The notes beneath the pieces were generated by a model. The model worked only from the letters and a program-made list of their open reading frames with translations. It was not told where the DNA came from and searched no databases. A program made the position numbers and the translations under genes. Below, piece by piece: positions 27,067-38,674 of a stretch of DNA of 64,000 nucleotides. Within the stretch, counting starts at the first letter, position 1. Each line of letters starts with the position of its first letter. Source of the stretch: Bacteroidales bacterium (GTDB lineage Bacteria; Bacteroidota; Bacteroidia; Bacteroidales; JAAYJT01); the NCBI GenBank assembly GCA_012522795.1, contig JAAYJT010000029.1, forward strand, positions 67,525 through 131,524. The letters are read 5' to 3'.

Positions 27067-29943
27067 ATGCTCAGGACTCTTTTTAAAACTATCTCTTTAC
27101 TAAACTTACTTTTGATCTTTTCATTTTATTCCAATGCCCAGTACTATTCAGCAGGTCAGGATCCCGCTTCGCAAAGATGGCGGCAAATCAATACCAGTTC
27201 GTTTAAGCTGATATATCCTGAAACATGGGAAAATAAAGCACATAAGCTGGCCGGCTTTCTTGAAACCATTAAGGAGCCTATAAGTAATTCACTGGATTCC
27301 AAACCATCAAAAATCCCTGTAATCCTTCATAATCAATCAGTTCTCAGCAATGGGTTTGCAATGTGGGCACCAAAAAGAATAGAAATGATAACTACAATCC
27401 CCGATGATAACATTGCAACTGACTGGATGAAACATCTTGCCATACACGAATATCGTCATATTGCACAAATAGAAGGCTTAAACAAGTTAACCACAGGGTT
27501 TCTATCAAAATTGTTTGGACAGCATATACTGGGTGCAGTAGCCGGATTGCACTTGCCGCTCTGGTTCCTTGAAGGAGATGCAGTACTTGTTGAAACTGCT
27601 ATGACTAACAGCGGGCGCGGGCATATCCCTGAATTTATTTATCCACTTACTGCTCAATTATTTGAAAAAGGTGAATACAGCTATGATAAAGCTATCATGG
27701 GTTCATACCGTGATATGACTCCTGATTATTACACCCTTGGTTATCACATGGTTGCAATGACGCATAATCAGTTTGGGTTCGAACCTTTTTTGAAATCCAT
27801 GAAAAATATTGCGCGACTCCCGATTATTCCCGGTTCATTTTCGCGGGGACTTAAACAAACAACAGGAATGAATTCAGCGGGTTTATACCGGCATACAATA
27901 AGCAGCCTTAAAAGACAGTGGAAAGAACAAAACAAAAACTTTGATATTTCTGAATTCAAAAGAATAAAAGACAAAAGCGGCTTTGATTACGCTGAATATA
28001 TAAACCCTCACTATGTTGATGACAGCACCTACATAGCTTTCCGGACTGCTCCGGGAGATATCCCCCGCTTGGTCTTGATTGACAGACATGGGTCGGAGAA
28101 AATCATTTTTACACCCGGTTTTGGATTTTATGACTTTCTGTGCTTTGCTGAAGATATTGCCGTATGGGCAGAGATCACCATAGATCCTCGTTGGGAATAC
28201 CGTAACTGGAGTAATATCAGGATTTTTGATATCACAACTGGCGAAAGCCGCATGATAACCCAAAAAGCACGTCTGCAGTCGCCTGTACTTTCGCCAGACG
28301 CATCGAAAATTGCTGCTATCGAAGTTGATGAGCAAAACGAATGGGCGCTTACAATTTTTGATACAAAAACCGGGGAAGAAATACAAAGAATAAACGATCC
28401 TGAAATTGATTTTCTGCTTGAGCCTGAATGGAGCCATTGTAGTGAATGTATCATCGCTGTTGCCTTTAATGAGGGTTCAGGGAAAACTATAGTTAAAACA
28501 AACATTTATCAACCCCGTTTCGAAGATTTGTTTCATGCCGGATTCACTGAGATCAGCAAACCGGCTTTTGCTGACGACTCTCTTATCTATTTCACCGGCA
28601 CATGGAGCGGACGCGATGAGATTTACGCATGGAACACTGAAGAAAAACAGCTTTATCATATTCTTGCAGCAGAATACGGAGCCACTAATATTGTTTTATC
28701 TGATGACGAAACAAGGTTTTTGTTCTCAGAATTTACTGCCGAAGGATATAAAATTGCTGAATGTACCAACATTAAAAAAACACCGGTTGAAATAAAAGAT
28801 ATCAGAAACAACCTTTTGCCATTGTACAGCTCTGCAGCCCGATCATTTCAAATGATTACCGATACCATTGCTGCAACTGATACTTTGTTCAGATCAATGC
28901 CTTTTATCAAAAGACAGAACAGCATGAATTTCCATAGCTGGCTTCCGGCATTTCTGGATGTGGAAGATATGACCCTAAAACCCGGAGCTTCTGCATTCTC
29001 ACAAAACTACCTGGGAACTGTCATTTCTGCCATACGATATGAATATGACCCAAAAGTTAAAAGGCATGAGGTTTCGTATGATTTATCACTACAATCATGG
29101 TACCCTGTTTTTGATCTTGGATTTGGTATTGGCAGCGAGAATCCGGCTGCAAAAGTGGATTCAAAGTCAAATTATGCTTTTGTGAACATTTCAGCAAGCC
29201 TGCCTCTTGCTTTTAATCACAATGCTACCATCTACGGAATTCTCCCTCAGATAAGCAATCAAAACACATTCCTGTTATCTCACGAATATCTTGCAAGGCT
29301 GAGTCCTGTATCATACTCATTGTCGTTATACGCACATAAAAGAATGGCAATGCGCGATTTATATCCGCAATTTGGGATCTCCACTGTGGCAGGTTTCAGC
29401 CATACCCCATTCAATCACACAAAATATTTCACTGATATAGATGCAGGGGATATCGCATATGGAGCTGCCATTGTATTTTTACCCGGTTTGTTGAAACACC
29501 ATAGTTTGAGGTTATATGCAGGGATACAGAAAAAAACGAACATACATGCCTATTTTAACGATAAAATCCGTTTTGCCCGTGGTTATGACGATGTCCCACT
29601 AAATAATGAAATGCTTACTTTATCGGCAAGTTATTCTTTTCCATTTGCGTATCCTGATCTTGCCCTTGGTTCAGTTATTTATGTAAAACGACTTAGAGGC
29701 AATATGTTTACCGATCACAGTAGGACTATCTTTGATTTACCAGAACATTCAACTGTTTCAGCAGGTTTTGATATAATTGCTGATGCACATCTACTGCGCC
29801 TGCCAATGCCTTTTGAATTTGGCTTACGAACAGTATATTTGCATGATCTGAATAAGGTCGCTTTTCAGTTTTTATATGGAGTTGATTTTTATGCTGTTGG
29901 AAATGCGTTTAGAAAAGGAAGAGTATTGCCGCCAAAATACTAA
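27067..29943 (+). CDS. Large secreted protein with HEYRH motif, central beta-propeller-like region and aromatic-rich C-terminal region
   Basis: Signal peptide MLRTLFKTISLLNLLLIFSFYSNAQ, HLAIHEYRHIAQ, and TolB-like repeats (SPVLSPDASKIAA, LSDDETRFLF). Function unknown. Confidence 0.4.
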   Translation: MLRTLFKTISLLNLLLIFSFYSNAQYYSAGQDPASQRWRQINTSSFKLIYPETWENKAHKLAGFLETIKEPISNSLDSKPSKIPVILHNQSVLSNGFAMWAPKRIEMITTIPDDNIATDWMKHLAIHEYRHIAQIEGLNKLTTGFLSKLFGQHILGAVAGLHLPLWFLEGDAVLVETAMTNSGRGHIPEFIYPLTAQLFEKGEYSYDKAIMGSYRDMTPDYYTLGYHMVAMTHNQFGFEPFLKSMKNIARLPIIPGSFSRGLKQTTGMNSAGLYRHTISSLKRQWKEQNKNFDISEFKRIKDKSGFDYAEYINPHYVDDSTYIAFRTAPGDIPRLVLIDRHGSEKIIFTPGFGFYDFLCFAEDIAVWAEITIDPRWEYRNWSNIRIFDITTGESRMITQKARLQSPVLSPDASKIAAIEVDEQNEWALTIFDTKTGEEIQRINDPEIDFLLEPEWSHCSECIIAVAFNEGSGKTIVKTNIYQPRFEDLFHAGFTEISKPAFADDSLIYFTGTWSGRDEIYAWNTEEKQLYHILAAEYGATNIVLSDDETRFLFSEFTAEGYKIAECTNIKKTPVEIKDIRNNLLPLYSSAARSFQMITDTIAATDTLFRSMPFIKRQNSMNFHSWLPAFLDVEDMTLKPGASAFSQNYLGTVISAIRYEYDPKVKRHEVSYDLSLQSWYPVFDLGFGIGSENPAAKVDSKSNYAFVNISASLPLAFNHNATIYGILPQISNQNTFLLSHEYLARLSPVSYSLSLYAHKRMAMRDLYPQFGISTVAGFSHTPFNHTKYFTDIDAGDIAYGAAIVFLPGLLKHHSLRLYAGIQKKTNIHAYFNDKIRFARGYDDVPLNNEMLTLSASYSFPFAYPDLALGSVIYVKRLRGNMFTDHSRTIFDLPEHSTVSAGFDIIADAHLLRLPMPFEFGLRTVYLHDLNKVAFQFLYGVDFYAVGNAFRKGRVLPPKY

Positions 29944-30038
29944 TATGGCTTATTGCTGATAATCAGTAAAATCAGTTTGTGCTTGCTGAAATTCATTTTC
30001 TTCAGAACCGAAAAGCTCAAGCCACATTACAAATGACT

Positions 30039-30701
30039 CTACTCTTCTGATTTATCGGGCAGCATCGGAACAAATCTGAATGCTCCATGTTTTTCAGTTG
30101 TAAATTCCCCATCAGCAGTTTTGTGTACTACTGTCATAATCTGAACATCATCGGCGCCCATGGGTAATACCATCAGTCCGCCGGGTTTCAGTTGTTCTGC
30201 CAGAATTTTAGGAACATGAGAAACTGCTGCGGTAATGAGTATTTTATCAAAAGGTGCAAAAGTAGGAAGACCGGCAAATCCATCGCCATAAAACACTTTA
30301 ATGCTTCCATATCCTATTTTGGGAAGAAATTCTTTTACCTTTTTAAACAATGATTTATGTCTTTCAATGGTAAAGACCCTGGCACCCATCTGAGCCAGAA
30401 TACAAGCCTGATATCCTGAACCTGTTCCTATTTCAAGGATCCTATCTCCTTTCTCAACCTTCAGCAACTGGGTTTGAAAAGCTACAGTAAAAGGCTGTGA
30501 GATAGTTTGTCCTGCGCCAATAGGAAAAGGTTTATCGTCGTATGCAAATTCAAGAAAAGTAGATTCAAAGAAAAAATGCCTTGGCACGGCATCAATGGCT
30601 GCAAGTACCTCTTTTGATGTAATTCCTTTGCTTCTGATAATTTCTACTAACTTTCTGCGCATTCCTTTATGCCGGTAATTATCTTCGAGGGTAATAGCCA
30701 T
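30039..30701 (-). CDS. pcm: Protein-L-isoaspartate O-methyltransferase
   Basis: GQTISQPFTVA and ILEIGTGSGYQA motifs. Confidence 0.9.
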   Translation of the reverse strand: MAITLEDNYRHKGMRRKLVEIIRSKGITSKEVLAAIDAVPRHFFFESTFLEFAYDDKPFPIGAGQTISQPFTVAFQTQLLKVEKGDRILEIGTGSGYQACILAQMGARVFTIERHKSLFKKVKEFLPKIGYGSIKVFYGDGFAGLPTFAPFDKILITAAVSHVPKILAEQLKPGGLMVLPMGADDVQIMTVVHKTADGEFTTEKHGAFRFVPMLPDKSEE

Positions 30702-30797
30702 AACAAAGTAAAAAGCAGATCAATTAAACAAAATTTTGAGATTTTGCAAATGTAAGCATTCAATCTATTAAAATTGATAGCTTTGCAAAAAAAAGCA

Positions 30798-31787
30798 ATG
30801 TTGAAGATCGGTGTTCTTGGAGCCGGGCACTTAGGAAAAATACATTTAAAGTGCATTAAGCAAATTAATGATTATCAATTAGTTGGGTTTTATGATCCAA
30901 ATGAAGAAATTGCAAAACAAGTAGAAATTGATAAAAATGTAAAACGTTTTACCGATATTGAGAAACTGATTGACGAAGTAGATGTTGTAGACATTGTTAC
31001 GCCTACTGTTTCGCATTTTGATTGTGCTCAAAGGTCTTTAAAGAAATTCCGTCATGTTTTTATTGAAAAACCCATAGTTGCAACTCCTGATGAGGCATTA
31101 AGGCTCATTGACCTTGCTACTGAGGCAGATGTAAAAGTTCAGGTAGGACATGTTGAGAGGTTCAATCCTGCTTTTTTGGCTGCCCAGCCCTACCTCAGTA
31201 ATCCTATGTTCATTGAGGCTCACCGTCTTTCGCAATTCAACCCTCGCGGCACTGATGTACCAGTTGTTCTTGATCTTATGATACATGATATTGACATAGT
31301 TTTGAATGTAGTTCAATCAAATGTTAAAAAGATAAATGCCAGCGGTGTTTCAATTGTGAGCGATACCCCTGACATTGCCAATGCACGTATTGAATTTGAA
31401 AACGGCTGTGTAGCAAATCTTACTGCCAGTCGTATTTCAATGAAGAATATGAGAAAATCACGTTTTTTTCAGCGCGATAGCTATATTTCAGTAGATTTCC
31501 TGGATAAAGAACTTGAGATCATACGTTTACAAGACCTTCCATCAGAAACTAACAATCCGTTTGCGTTGGTATTAAAAATGGGCTCAGGAAAACCTGATAA
31601 ACAACTGTTATTTGAAAAGCCGGTAGTTCCTGATGTTAACGCCATTGTTGAAGAATTAAAAAGTTTTCATCATGCCATAATGAACAATAAAACTCCTCCG
31701 GTTACTATTTTTGATGGGTATGCAGCTCTTGAAGTTGCCCACCAGATAATCAACAAAATAAATCAGTTGCCAGCAAATCTAGTTTAA
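30798..31787 (+). CDS. Gfo/Idh/MocA-family NAD(P)-dependent oxidoreductase
   Basis: MLKIGVLGAGHLGKIH Rossmann N-terminus and an EKP motif. The ATG at 30798 is preferred to the TTG at 30774. Confidence 0.8.
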   Translation: MLKIGVLGAGHLGKIHLKCIKQINDYQLVGFYDPNEEIAKQVEIDKNVKRFTDIEKLIDEVDVVDIVTPTVSHFDCAQRSLKKFRHVFIEKPIVATPDEALRLIDLATEADVKVQVGHVERFNPAFLAAQPYLSNPMFIEAHRLSQFNPRGTDVPVVLDLMIHDIDIVLNVVQSNVKKINASGVSIVSDTPDIANARIEFENGCVANLTASRISMKNMRKSRFFQRDSYISVDFLDKELEIIRLQDLPSETNNPFALVLKMGSGKPDKQLLFEKPVVPDVNAIVEELKSFHHAIMNNKTPPVTIFDGYAALEVAHQIINKINQLPANLV

Positions 31788-31857
31788 GCAATATACCACA
31801 CTCGTAAACGTTCATAATCCATTGAATATCCCTCTTTTTTCAGCTACAGGTTTGAAC

Positions 31858-32739
31858 ATGATCAATTATAGACTTATCTATCCTATCCTGCTCATTTTCA
31901 TAATATTACTGTTCAATTCATGCAATCCTGATAATGACAAGGGTATTCCTTCCTATATTCACATTGAAAAAATTGATCTTATTACAACGCCTCTTCAGGG
32001 AACTGCTTCACATAAAATCGTTGATGCCTGGGTTTACATTGACGACAAGCTAATAGGTGCTTTTGAGTTGCCAACAACATTTCCCGTGCTTAGATCAGGA
32101 AATACTGAAATAAAGATCTATGCAGGCATCAAAATAAATGGGATTGCGGCAGTACGCTCTCCCTATCCCTTTTATAAACCAATTTTTGTTTCTGCTGATC
32201 TGATACCCGAAAGGATTGACACACTGCGTAACCTGACAACAACATATGAGCAAAGCACCACATTTGAATGGCTTGAGGATTTTGATTCAGGCGCTCTTAG
32301 CATTGACACTACTAAGCTAAGCGCAACCAAACTTCACCGTATTTCAGATCCCTCTCTGATTTTCAAATATAAAAACGAGAGAAATGATTACTCGGCAATG
32401 GCAACGCTTAGTGGCGATTCAACACTTTTTGAATGTGCCTCCATTGAATATTTTGAATTACCAAAAACCGGAACTCCGGTTTTTCTTGAAATGAATTACA
32501 AAAACGATTTCAATTTAACTGTCGGGTTGTTTTATATCACATCAACACATGAAGTTCATCAACATTCAGTTCTTATTCTGAATCCTACTGAAGAATGGAA
32601 CAAAGTGTATATTAATTTTACACCTACCATATCCATTCTTCCTTTCGCGCAAAAATTTAAAGTATTTATTGGTATGATGAAAAACGATCCATCAGTGACT
32701 GCAACAATTTATCTGGATAATCTTAAACTGGTTTATTAA
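31858..32739 (+). CDS. Hypothetical lipoprotein
   Basis: MINYRLIYPILLIFIILLFNSC lipobox-like signal. No other motif. Confidence 0.5.
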   Translation: MINYRLIYPILLIFIILLFNSCNPDNDKGIPSYIHIEKIDLITTPLQGTASHKIVDAWVYIDDKLIGAFELPTTFPVLRSGNTEIKIYAGIKINGIAAVRSPYPFYKPIFVSADLIPERIDTLRNLTTTYEQSTTFEWLEDFDSGALSIDTTKLSATKLHRISDPSLIFKYKNERNDYSAMATLSGDSTLFECASIEYFELPKTGTPVFLEMNYKNDFNLTVGLFYITSTHEVHQHSVLILNPTEEWNKVYINFTPTISILPFAQKFKVFIGMMKNDPSVTATIYLDNLKLVY

Positions 32740-32821
32740 AATAATCAAAAAAAACACTAAAACTGATCAAAAAAAACTAATTTTACCAGCCCGAAAACCG
32801 CCATCATTAAGCCATTTAAGT

Positions 32822-34237
32822 ATGAATAAAAAGAAACAAGTTGCTAAATACGTAATAGCCGATCTGCTTTCAGCAGCGCTAGCCTGGAGTTTGTTCTTTC
32901 TGTACCGGAAATCAGTATATGATCCTGAAATACAGGTTAATCTGGGCAAAGTATATGCTGATGCAAATTATTACGTTGGGGTTATTATTATTCCTTTATT
33001 CTGGCTGGCACTTTACGCCATGGCAGGCACATACAGGCGTATTTACCGAAAATCGAGGCTGAAAGAACTTGGTCAAACCCTTATAATCACAATTATCGGC
33101 ATTGTTACTATTTTCTTTGCACTCATCCTTGACGATATAATAATTTCGTATAAAACTTATTATCACTCACTTATAGTTCTTTTTGTATTGCATTTCGGCT
33201 TTACCTATACTTTACGACTGATCATCACTTCTCATACCGCATATAAAATTCATCATAAAATAATAGGCTTCAACACCCTGATAATCGGCAGCAATGAAAA
33301 TGCAGTAAAAGTATATACTGATATTGAGAACCAGGAAAAACATTCAGGTAATAAGTTCATTGGTTTTATTAATGTAGAACCATATAAAGACTATAAGATA
33401 GAGGAATTTCTCCCGCATCTCGGAAGTCTGTCCGATTTGAAAAGCATAGTACAGGAATATGAGGTTGAAGAGGTTATTATTGCCATTGAAAGATCGGAAC
33501 ACAAAACTATAGAGATGATAATCACACAGTTACAAGAACTGAATGTGATAATAAAAATAATCCCTGATATGCAGGATTTTCTGCTGGGCACTGTGAAAGT
33601 ACAATCTATTTTCCACACACCTTTAATCCAGATATCTCCTGATCTGATGCCGCCCTGGCAGCAAAGCATCAAACGAGCGATGGATGTTATACTTTCATTG
33701 ATAGCAATGATAGTATTGATCCCTTTCTATGTTTTCACAGCAATAGGAGTAAAGCTCAGCTCAAAAGGACCAATTATTTATTCACAGGAAAGAATAGGTT
33801 TGCACGGGAAACCTTTCAGGATGCATAAATTCCGTTCAATGTATTCCGATGCTGAAAAGGGAGTACCAATGTTATCGTCAAAAGCTGATCCCCGAATTAC
33901 AACTTTCGGCAGATTTATGCGTAAAGTCCGTCTGGATGAGATTCCACAATTTTACAGTGTACTTATCGGCGACATGTCGCTGGTAGGTCCACGCCCTGAG
34001 CGTCAGTATTATATTGACCAGATCGTACAAAGGGCACCCCAGTACATGCTACTGCAAAAAGTAAAACCGGGTATTACTTCATGGGGACAGGTAAAATTCG
34101 GGTATGCCGAAAATGTGGATGAGATGATTGAAAGGCTTAAATACGACATTCTCTATATCGAGAATATGTCAATAGCTATGGATATTAAGATAATGATATA
34201 TACTGTACTCATAGTAGTTACCGGCAGGGGGAAATAA
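32822..34237 (+). CDS. Polyprenyl-phosphate sugar phosphotransferase (WbaP/exopolysaccharide initiating enzyme family)
   Basis: C-terminal bacterial sugar transferase pattern (KRAMDVILS, FRMHKFRSM, DEIPQF, GDMSLVGPRP) after TM helices. Confidence 0.85.
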   Translation: MNKKKQVAKYVIADLLSAALAWSLFFLYRKSVYDPEIQVNLGKVYADANYYVGVIIIPLFWLALYAMAGTYRRIYRKSRLKELGQTLIITIIGIVTIFFALILDDIIISYKTYYHSLIVLFVLHFGFTYTLRLIITSHTAYKIHHKIIGFNTLIIGSNENAVKVYTDIENQEKHSGNKFIGFINVEPYKDYKIEEFLPHLGSLSDLKSIVQEYEVEEVIIAIERSEHKTIEMIITQLQELNVIIKIIPDMQDFLLGTVKVQSIFHTPLIQISPDLMPPWQQSIKRAMDVILSLIAMIVLIPFYVFTAIGVKLSSKGPIIYSQERIGLHGKPFRMHKFRSMYSDAEKGVPMLSSKADPRITTFGRFMRKVRLDEIPQFYSVLIGDMSLVGPRPERQYYIDQIVQRAPQYMLLQKVKPGITSWGQVKFGYAENVDEMIERLKYDILYIENMSIAMDIKIMIYTVLIVVTGRGK

Positions 34238-34241
34238 AAGA

Positions 34242-34829
34242 TCAAATTGAGCCTGTTTCTATCATCCTCACGATCAGTTCTATATCTTTATCTTCTCCAT
34301 CAGGATCATATTTGATTTTCAGGTCAAATCCAAAAATACTGGCAAAAGTCTGCCAGAAAAACACCCTGATCTTTCCACGGAATTCTTTTACAATATCGTA
34401 TGTTGAATATCCTGTTTCGCGATCAATGAGCTTTAATAATATCCAGCCCTGAGTAAAAGTAAGTTTCTTCAGGTCATCCTCAAATTCCAGACGTATCTTA
34501 TCTTCAGCCTTTTTCATCAGCTCTCGTTTTTCATATTCAGAACTAAGGTTTAAAAGCTGATTTTCATATTCCATCATCCTGATACTGGCTAAACGTGCAT
34601 AGGGGTATGTTTTTTTTACATTCCGAACCAAACGGTTGAAGCGAAATTCCTGAACAGCATTTTTAAATACGGGAGGGGCATATTTAACATATTCAGGCAA
34701 AGTAATGACAGCCAGAGTATCTCCATTAACATCAATTATGGCTTGCGTAACCACAGGCCATGAGCTCTGGGAGCGTGCTCCGAAAGTCAGCAAAACAAGA
34801 AAAACAAAAACAGATGAAATCCTTTTCAT
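34242..34829 (-). CDS. Conserved hypothetical secreted protein
   Basis: Signal peptide MKRISSVFVFLVLLTFGARSQ. No catalytic motif recognised. Confidence 0.5.
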   Translation of the reverse strand: MKRISSVFVFLVLLTFGARSQSSWPVVTQAIIDVNGDTLAVITLPEYVKYAPPVFKNAVQEFRFNRLVRNVKKTYPYARLASIRMMEYENQLLNLSSEYEKRELMKKAEDKIRLEFEDDLKKLTFTQGWILLKLIDRETGYSTYDIVKEFRGKIRVFFWQTFASIFGFDLKIKYDPDGEDKDIELIVRMIETGSI

Positions 34830-34891
34830 AACTCTACCTGAATCTGGTATTAAAAACGTAAACAGACCGTCAATAATTATACCAAACTGAA

Positions 34892-36136
34892 TCAGGCAAC
34901 TTTTAAACGGGAAATCCCTGAGCGCTCAAGTTTGCTTTTGACATATTCCAGAGTAACATGTAACTCCTGAGCCTGAGTACTTTCTGATGGCATTTCAAAC
35001 ATTGCATCAGTCATTATGGCTTCAAGGATTGAGCGCAGGCCACGGGCGCCAAGTTTAAACTCAATGGCTTTATCCACAATAAAATCAAACACTGATGGAT
35101 CAAATGTAAGTGTTATGTTGTCCATCTCAAAAAGACGCTTGTATTGTTTTACAAGTGAGTTTTTAGGTTCTGTAAGTATCCTTTTTAAAACATCCTTTTC
35201 CAGCGGGTTCAGGAAAGTAACAATTGGCATACGCCCAACGAGTTCAGGTATCAGACCATAGCGTCTCAAATCCTGAGGAGCCACATACTGCAACAAATTA
35301 CCCTTGTTGATTTCAATTCGTTCCTGTTCTTTTTTAAAACCTATAACATTGGTTTGCAGGCGCGAGGCAATTATTTTCTCAATGCCGTCAAAAGCACCAC
35401 CAGTTATAAAAAGAATATTCTGGGTGTTTATCTGTATCATTTTTTGTTCGGGATGCTTGCGCCCTCCCTGAGGAGGCACATTTACTATAGTGCCTTCAAG
35501 CATTTTCAGCAAAGCCTGTTGAACCCCCTCACCTGATACATCACGGGTTATGGAAGGGTTATCGCTTTTACGTGCTATTTTATCAATTTCATCAATGAAG
35601 ACTATACCACGTTCGGCAGCTTTTACGTCATAATCAGCCACCTGCAACAACCTTGTAAGTATGTTCTCAACATCTTCACCAACATAACCTGCTTCAGTAA
35701 GCACGGTAGCATCGGCAATACAGAACGGGACTTTGAGCAAACGGGCAATGGTACGGGCTAATAGGGTTTTACCCGTGCCAGTCTCTCCCGTTATTATTAT
35801 ATTTGATTTTTCTATTTCAATATCTTCAGGTTTATCCTTACCCTTAGGCTGAAGAATACGCTTATAATGATTGTACACAGCAACGGCTATTACTTTTTTA
35901 GCTTCATCCTGTCCTATTACATACTGATCGAGATATTTTTTTATTTCAACCGGCTTAACAAGCTCCAGACGTGAAGGATATTTTTTACTTTTTGAACCTG
36001 TAGATTCATAATTAATGATCTCGTTTGCTTCCATCACACAATAATCACAGATATGAGCACTGATACCAGTGATCATAATGTTTACATCGCGCTTGTCTCG
36101 GCCGCAAAACGAACATTTATCCGTACTCTTTGCCAT
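34892..36136 (-). CDS. clpX: ATP-dependent Clp protease ATP-binding subunit ClpX
   Basis: N-terminal zinc ribbon CSFCGR...CDYC, Walker [18 protein letters not shown]. Confidence 0.95.
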   Translation of the reverse strand: MAKSTDKCSFCGRDKRDVNIMITGISAHICDYCVMEANEIINYESTGSKSKKYPSRLELVKPVEIKKYLDQYVIGQDEAKKVIAVAVYNHYKRILQPKGKDKPEDIEIEKSNIIITGETGTGKTLLARTIARLLKVPFCIADATVLTEAGYVGEDVENILTRLLQVADYDVKAAERGIVFIDEIDKIARKSDNPSITRDVSGEGVQQALLKMLEGTIVNVPPQGGRKHPEQKMIQINTQNILFITGGAFDGIEKIIASRLQTNVIGFKKEQERIEINKGNLLQYVAPQDLRRYGLIPELVGRMPIVTFLNPLEKDVLKRILTEPKNSLVKQYKRLFEMDNITLTFDPSVFDFIVDKAIEFKLGARGLRSILEAIMTDAMFEMPSESTQAQELHVTLEYVKSKLERSGISRLKVA

Positions 36137-36268
36137 GGCTTATGGTTATAAATTTACAGACTGATGATTTAAGGGTTTAACAAAATTAACAATTTATTGT
36201 GAGACATGATCTGTTTTTCAGTATCCCGTTTCAGATATGCAGTGTTTAATTGTTCCCAAGACTGTAAT

Positions 36269-36946
36269 TTATTCTTTATTATGTTTAACAAGAACTTCAT
36301 CAATCATTCCGTATTCTTTGGCCTCTCCGGCTGTCATCCAATAATCGCGGTCAGAATCCTTTTCAATTTTTTCAAAGGGTTGCCCTGTGTGATCAGCTAT
36401 TATCTGGTAAAGTTCTCCGCGAAGTTTAAGGATCTCTCTGGCAGTTATTTCAATATCCGAAGCCTGTCCCTGTGCTCCTCCCATAGGCTGATGTATCAAT
36501 ATACGACTGTGTTTCAATGCTGTACGCTTTTTAGGAGTGCCGGCACACAGCAATACAGCTCCCATTGATGCGGCTATACCGGTACATATTGTAGCAACAT
36601 CGGGTCTGATATACTGCATGGTATCATAAATGCCCATACCAGCGTAAACCGAACCACCAGGAGTATTTAGATAAATCTGTATATCTTTTTTAGCATCTGC
36701 CGATTCAAGAAAAAGCAACTGTGCCTGAATGATATTGGCAACGTAATCGTCAATCGGAACACCAAGAAAAATGATCCTGTCCATCATAAGGCGAGAAAAA
36801 ACGTCCATAGTAGCAATGTTAAGCTGACGTTCCTCAATAATGGTAGGAGAAATATAATTTGTTACCGCCGATGTGTAACGATTTAAAGTCAAACTGTTAA
36901 TACCACGGTGTCTGACTGCATATTTATAAAATTCGTTCTGATTCAT
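36269..36946 (-). CDS. clpP: ATP-dependent Clp protease proteolytic subunit
   Basis: [11 protein letters not shown] (active-site Ser) and ILIHQPMGG (His) contexts. Confidence 0.95.
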   Translation of the reverse strand: MNQNEFYKYAVRHRGINSLTLNRYTSAVTNYISPTIIEERQLNIATMDVFSRLMMDRIIFLGVPIDDYVANIIQAQLLFLESADAKKDIQIYLNTPGGSVYAGMGIYDTMQYIRPDVATICTGIAASMGAVLLCAGTPKKRTALKHSRILIHQPMGGAQGQASDIEITAREILKLRGELYQIIADHTGQPFEKIEKDSDRDYWMTAGEAKEYGMIDEVLVKHNKE

Positions 36947-36979
36947 ATATCCTGATTTTATTTTTTGATAATCATTTTA

Positions 36980-38377
36980 TTAAACATCTGTTTCATGAGT
37001 TTGTTCTTCATGTTCATGATCATGAGCTGATGGACTTCCGGTCAGCACATGGAATTCATCATGGGTTACTTCCTTTATTTGCAATCCCAGATTGCTCTTC
37101 ATCACAGAAATTAATTTGCCGTAATATAACTGATCTTCAATTCTTTCACTCTCTTCCTGGTTGTTCAAAACTTTATCAATTGTACTTTCAACCAATTCTT
37201 TGTGCTCATCAATCTGACCTCCAAACTGGTTTTTAAAATAACTTCTTACCACATTCCTTATATCTTCTTCATAAACTATAATATCAAATTTATCATAGAT
37301 CTTTTTCTTGATCATATCCCATTTCATACTTTTAACAAGCTCCGGAAATTCAGTATCAATTTCTTCCTTCGTAAGAGAGGCTTCATTTCTGTCCAGCAAA
37401 AGTTTCTTCAGGAACTCTTCCGGAAGTCTGAAATCATGGAGTTCCATCAATTTTTCCCTCACATCATCATAGAGTTTACTGTCCGATTCAGGTTCATAAC
37501 TAAAGGTTATACTTTCACTGATCAATTCGCGAAACCTTTCCTCGTCAATATTCTCTTCGTTGGGAAACAATTTTTTAAATAGATCCTCATTTATTTCAGC
37601 AGGTATCATACGGGATATCTTGCTAACAGTGAACCTGAATGTTCCATCAACCGCAGAAGCTTCTTCGGTTTTCAGTTTGAATATCCTCTCAATTTCTATG
37701 CTGCTATCAAATACTTCCCTGATATTGAAACTTACCTGATCTCCTTCTTTTAATCCTATGAAAATAGCTTTTTTCTCTTCGTTCTGAATAGAGTTGATAT
37801 TAACATAACTTTCAGCATTCAAGCCACCGGTAAGTGGTTCTCCATCTTCGCCCAACTGTTCATACTTACCATCAATCCAATCTCCTGCTTCCGATTTTTC
37901 AGGATTAACCACCTCACTGTAATTTCTGGCGATCATTGCAATTTCGTCCTCGATCTCCTTCTCGGTTCCAACTATTTTATAATAGTCCGGTTTTATCTCA
38001 TCAGAAAATTTGAGTTCAAAATCGGGTCTGAACCCCATTTCATAATAAAGCTCAAAATTCTGCTGGCTGCCAAAATCAATATCTTTGACTTTCTCATTAT
38101 CAGGAATTGGATAACCAATTATCTCCAGTTTATTATCGCTGATATATGTAGTAATCTCCCTGGCAACCAGATGATTTACCTCATCAAGTACGGTGGCAGC
38201 CCAATACATTTTCTTAATAAGACCAAAAGGAACTTTTCCCGGACGAAACCCCGGCATATTTGCTTTACGCTGGTATTCCTTCAGTTTTTTGTTAACGCTT
38301 TCAATATAATCTGATTCGCTGACTTCAATTTTCAAAGTAGCAGTTAATTCACCGGTAGATTCTTGAGTAATATTCAT
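36980..38377 (-). CDS. tig: Trigger factor
   Basis: N-terminal MPGFRPGKVP ribosome-binding signature. Standard tig-clpP-clpX order. Confidence 0.9.
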   Translation of the reverse strand: MNITQESTGELTATLKIEVSESDYIESVNKKLKEYQRKANMPGFRPGKVPFGLIKKMYWAATVLDEVNHLVAREITTYISDNKLEIIGYPIPDNEKVKDIDFGSQQNFELYYEMGFRPDFELKFSDEIKPDYYKIVGTEKEIEDEIAMIARNYSEVVNPEKSEAGDWIDGKYEQLGEDGEPLTGGLNAESYVNINSIQNEEKKAIFIGLKEGDQVSFNIREVFDSSIEIERIFKLKTEEASAVDGTFRFTVSKISRMIPAEINEDLFKKLFPNEENIDEERFRELISESITFSYEPESDSKLYDDVREKLMELHDFRLPEEFLKKLLLDRNEASLTKEEIDTEFPELVKSMKWDMIKKKIYDKFDIIVYEEDIRNVVRSYFKNQFGGQIDEHKELVESTIDKVLNNQEESERIEDQLYYGKLISVMKSNLGLQIKEVTHDEFHVLTGSPSAHDHEHEEQTHETDV

Positions 38378-38485
38378 ATTAATACTGTGTTGAGATATTC
38401 AAAAAATTAAATTGATGTGAATTTTAAAAGCAATAATGCCCGGAATTAAAAAAAATTGAGATGTTGTTTGCTTTTGGTTTGTTTG

Positions 38486-38567
38486 TGCGGACGAAGGGAC
38501 TCGAACCCCCACGCCTTTCGGCACCAGATCCTAAGTCTGGCGCGGCTACCAATTACGCCACGTCCGC
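38486..38567 (-). tRNA. tRNA-Leu (anticodon TAG)
   Basis: The reverse complement reads GCGGACG...CCAGA-CTTAGGA-TCTGG...long variable arm...GGTTCGAGTCC...CGTCCGCA. The cloverleaf folds by eye and CCA is not encoded. Confidence 0.9.
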
Positions 38568-38674
38568 AGTCTTATTTAGCAGGCAAAGGTACAAAGTTTT
38601 TGTAATTCAAAATATCAGAATTCATAAACATAAAACCGAATATTTTTTGAGGTCTGCATAAAACCATGTAAACC

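Noticed and set aside
38461-38661. 66-aa plus-strand ORF
   Set aside because: It is the antisense of tRNA-Leu(TAG), which folds as a clear cloverleaf, and it has no coding signature.
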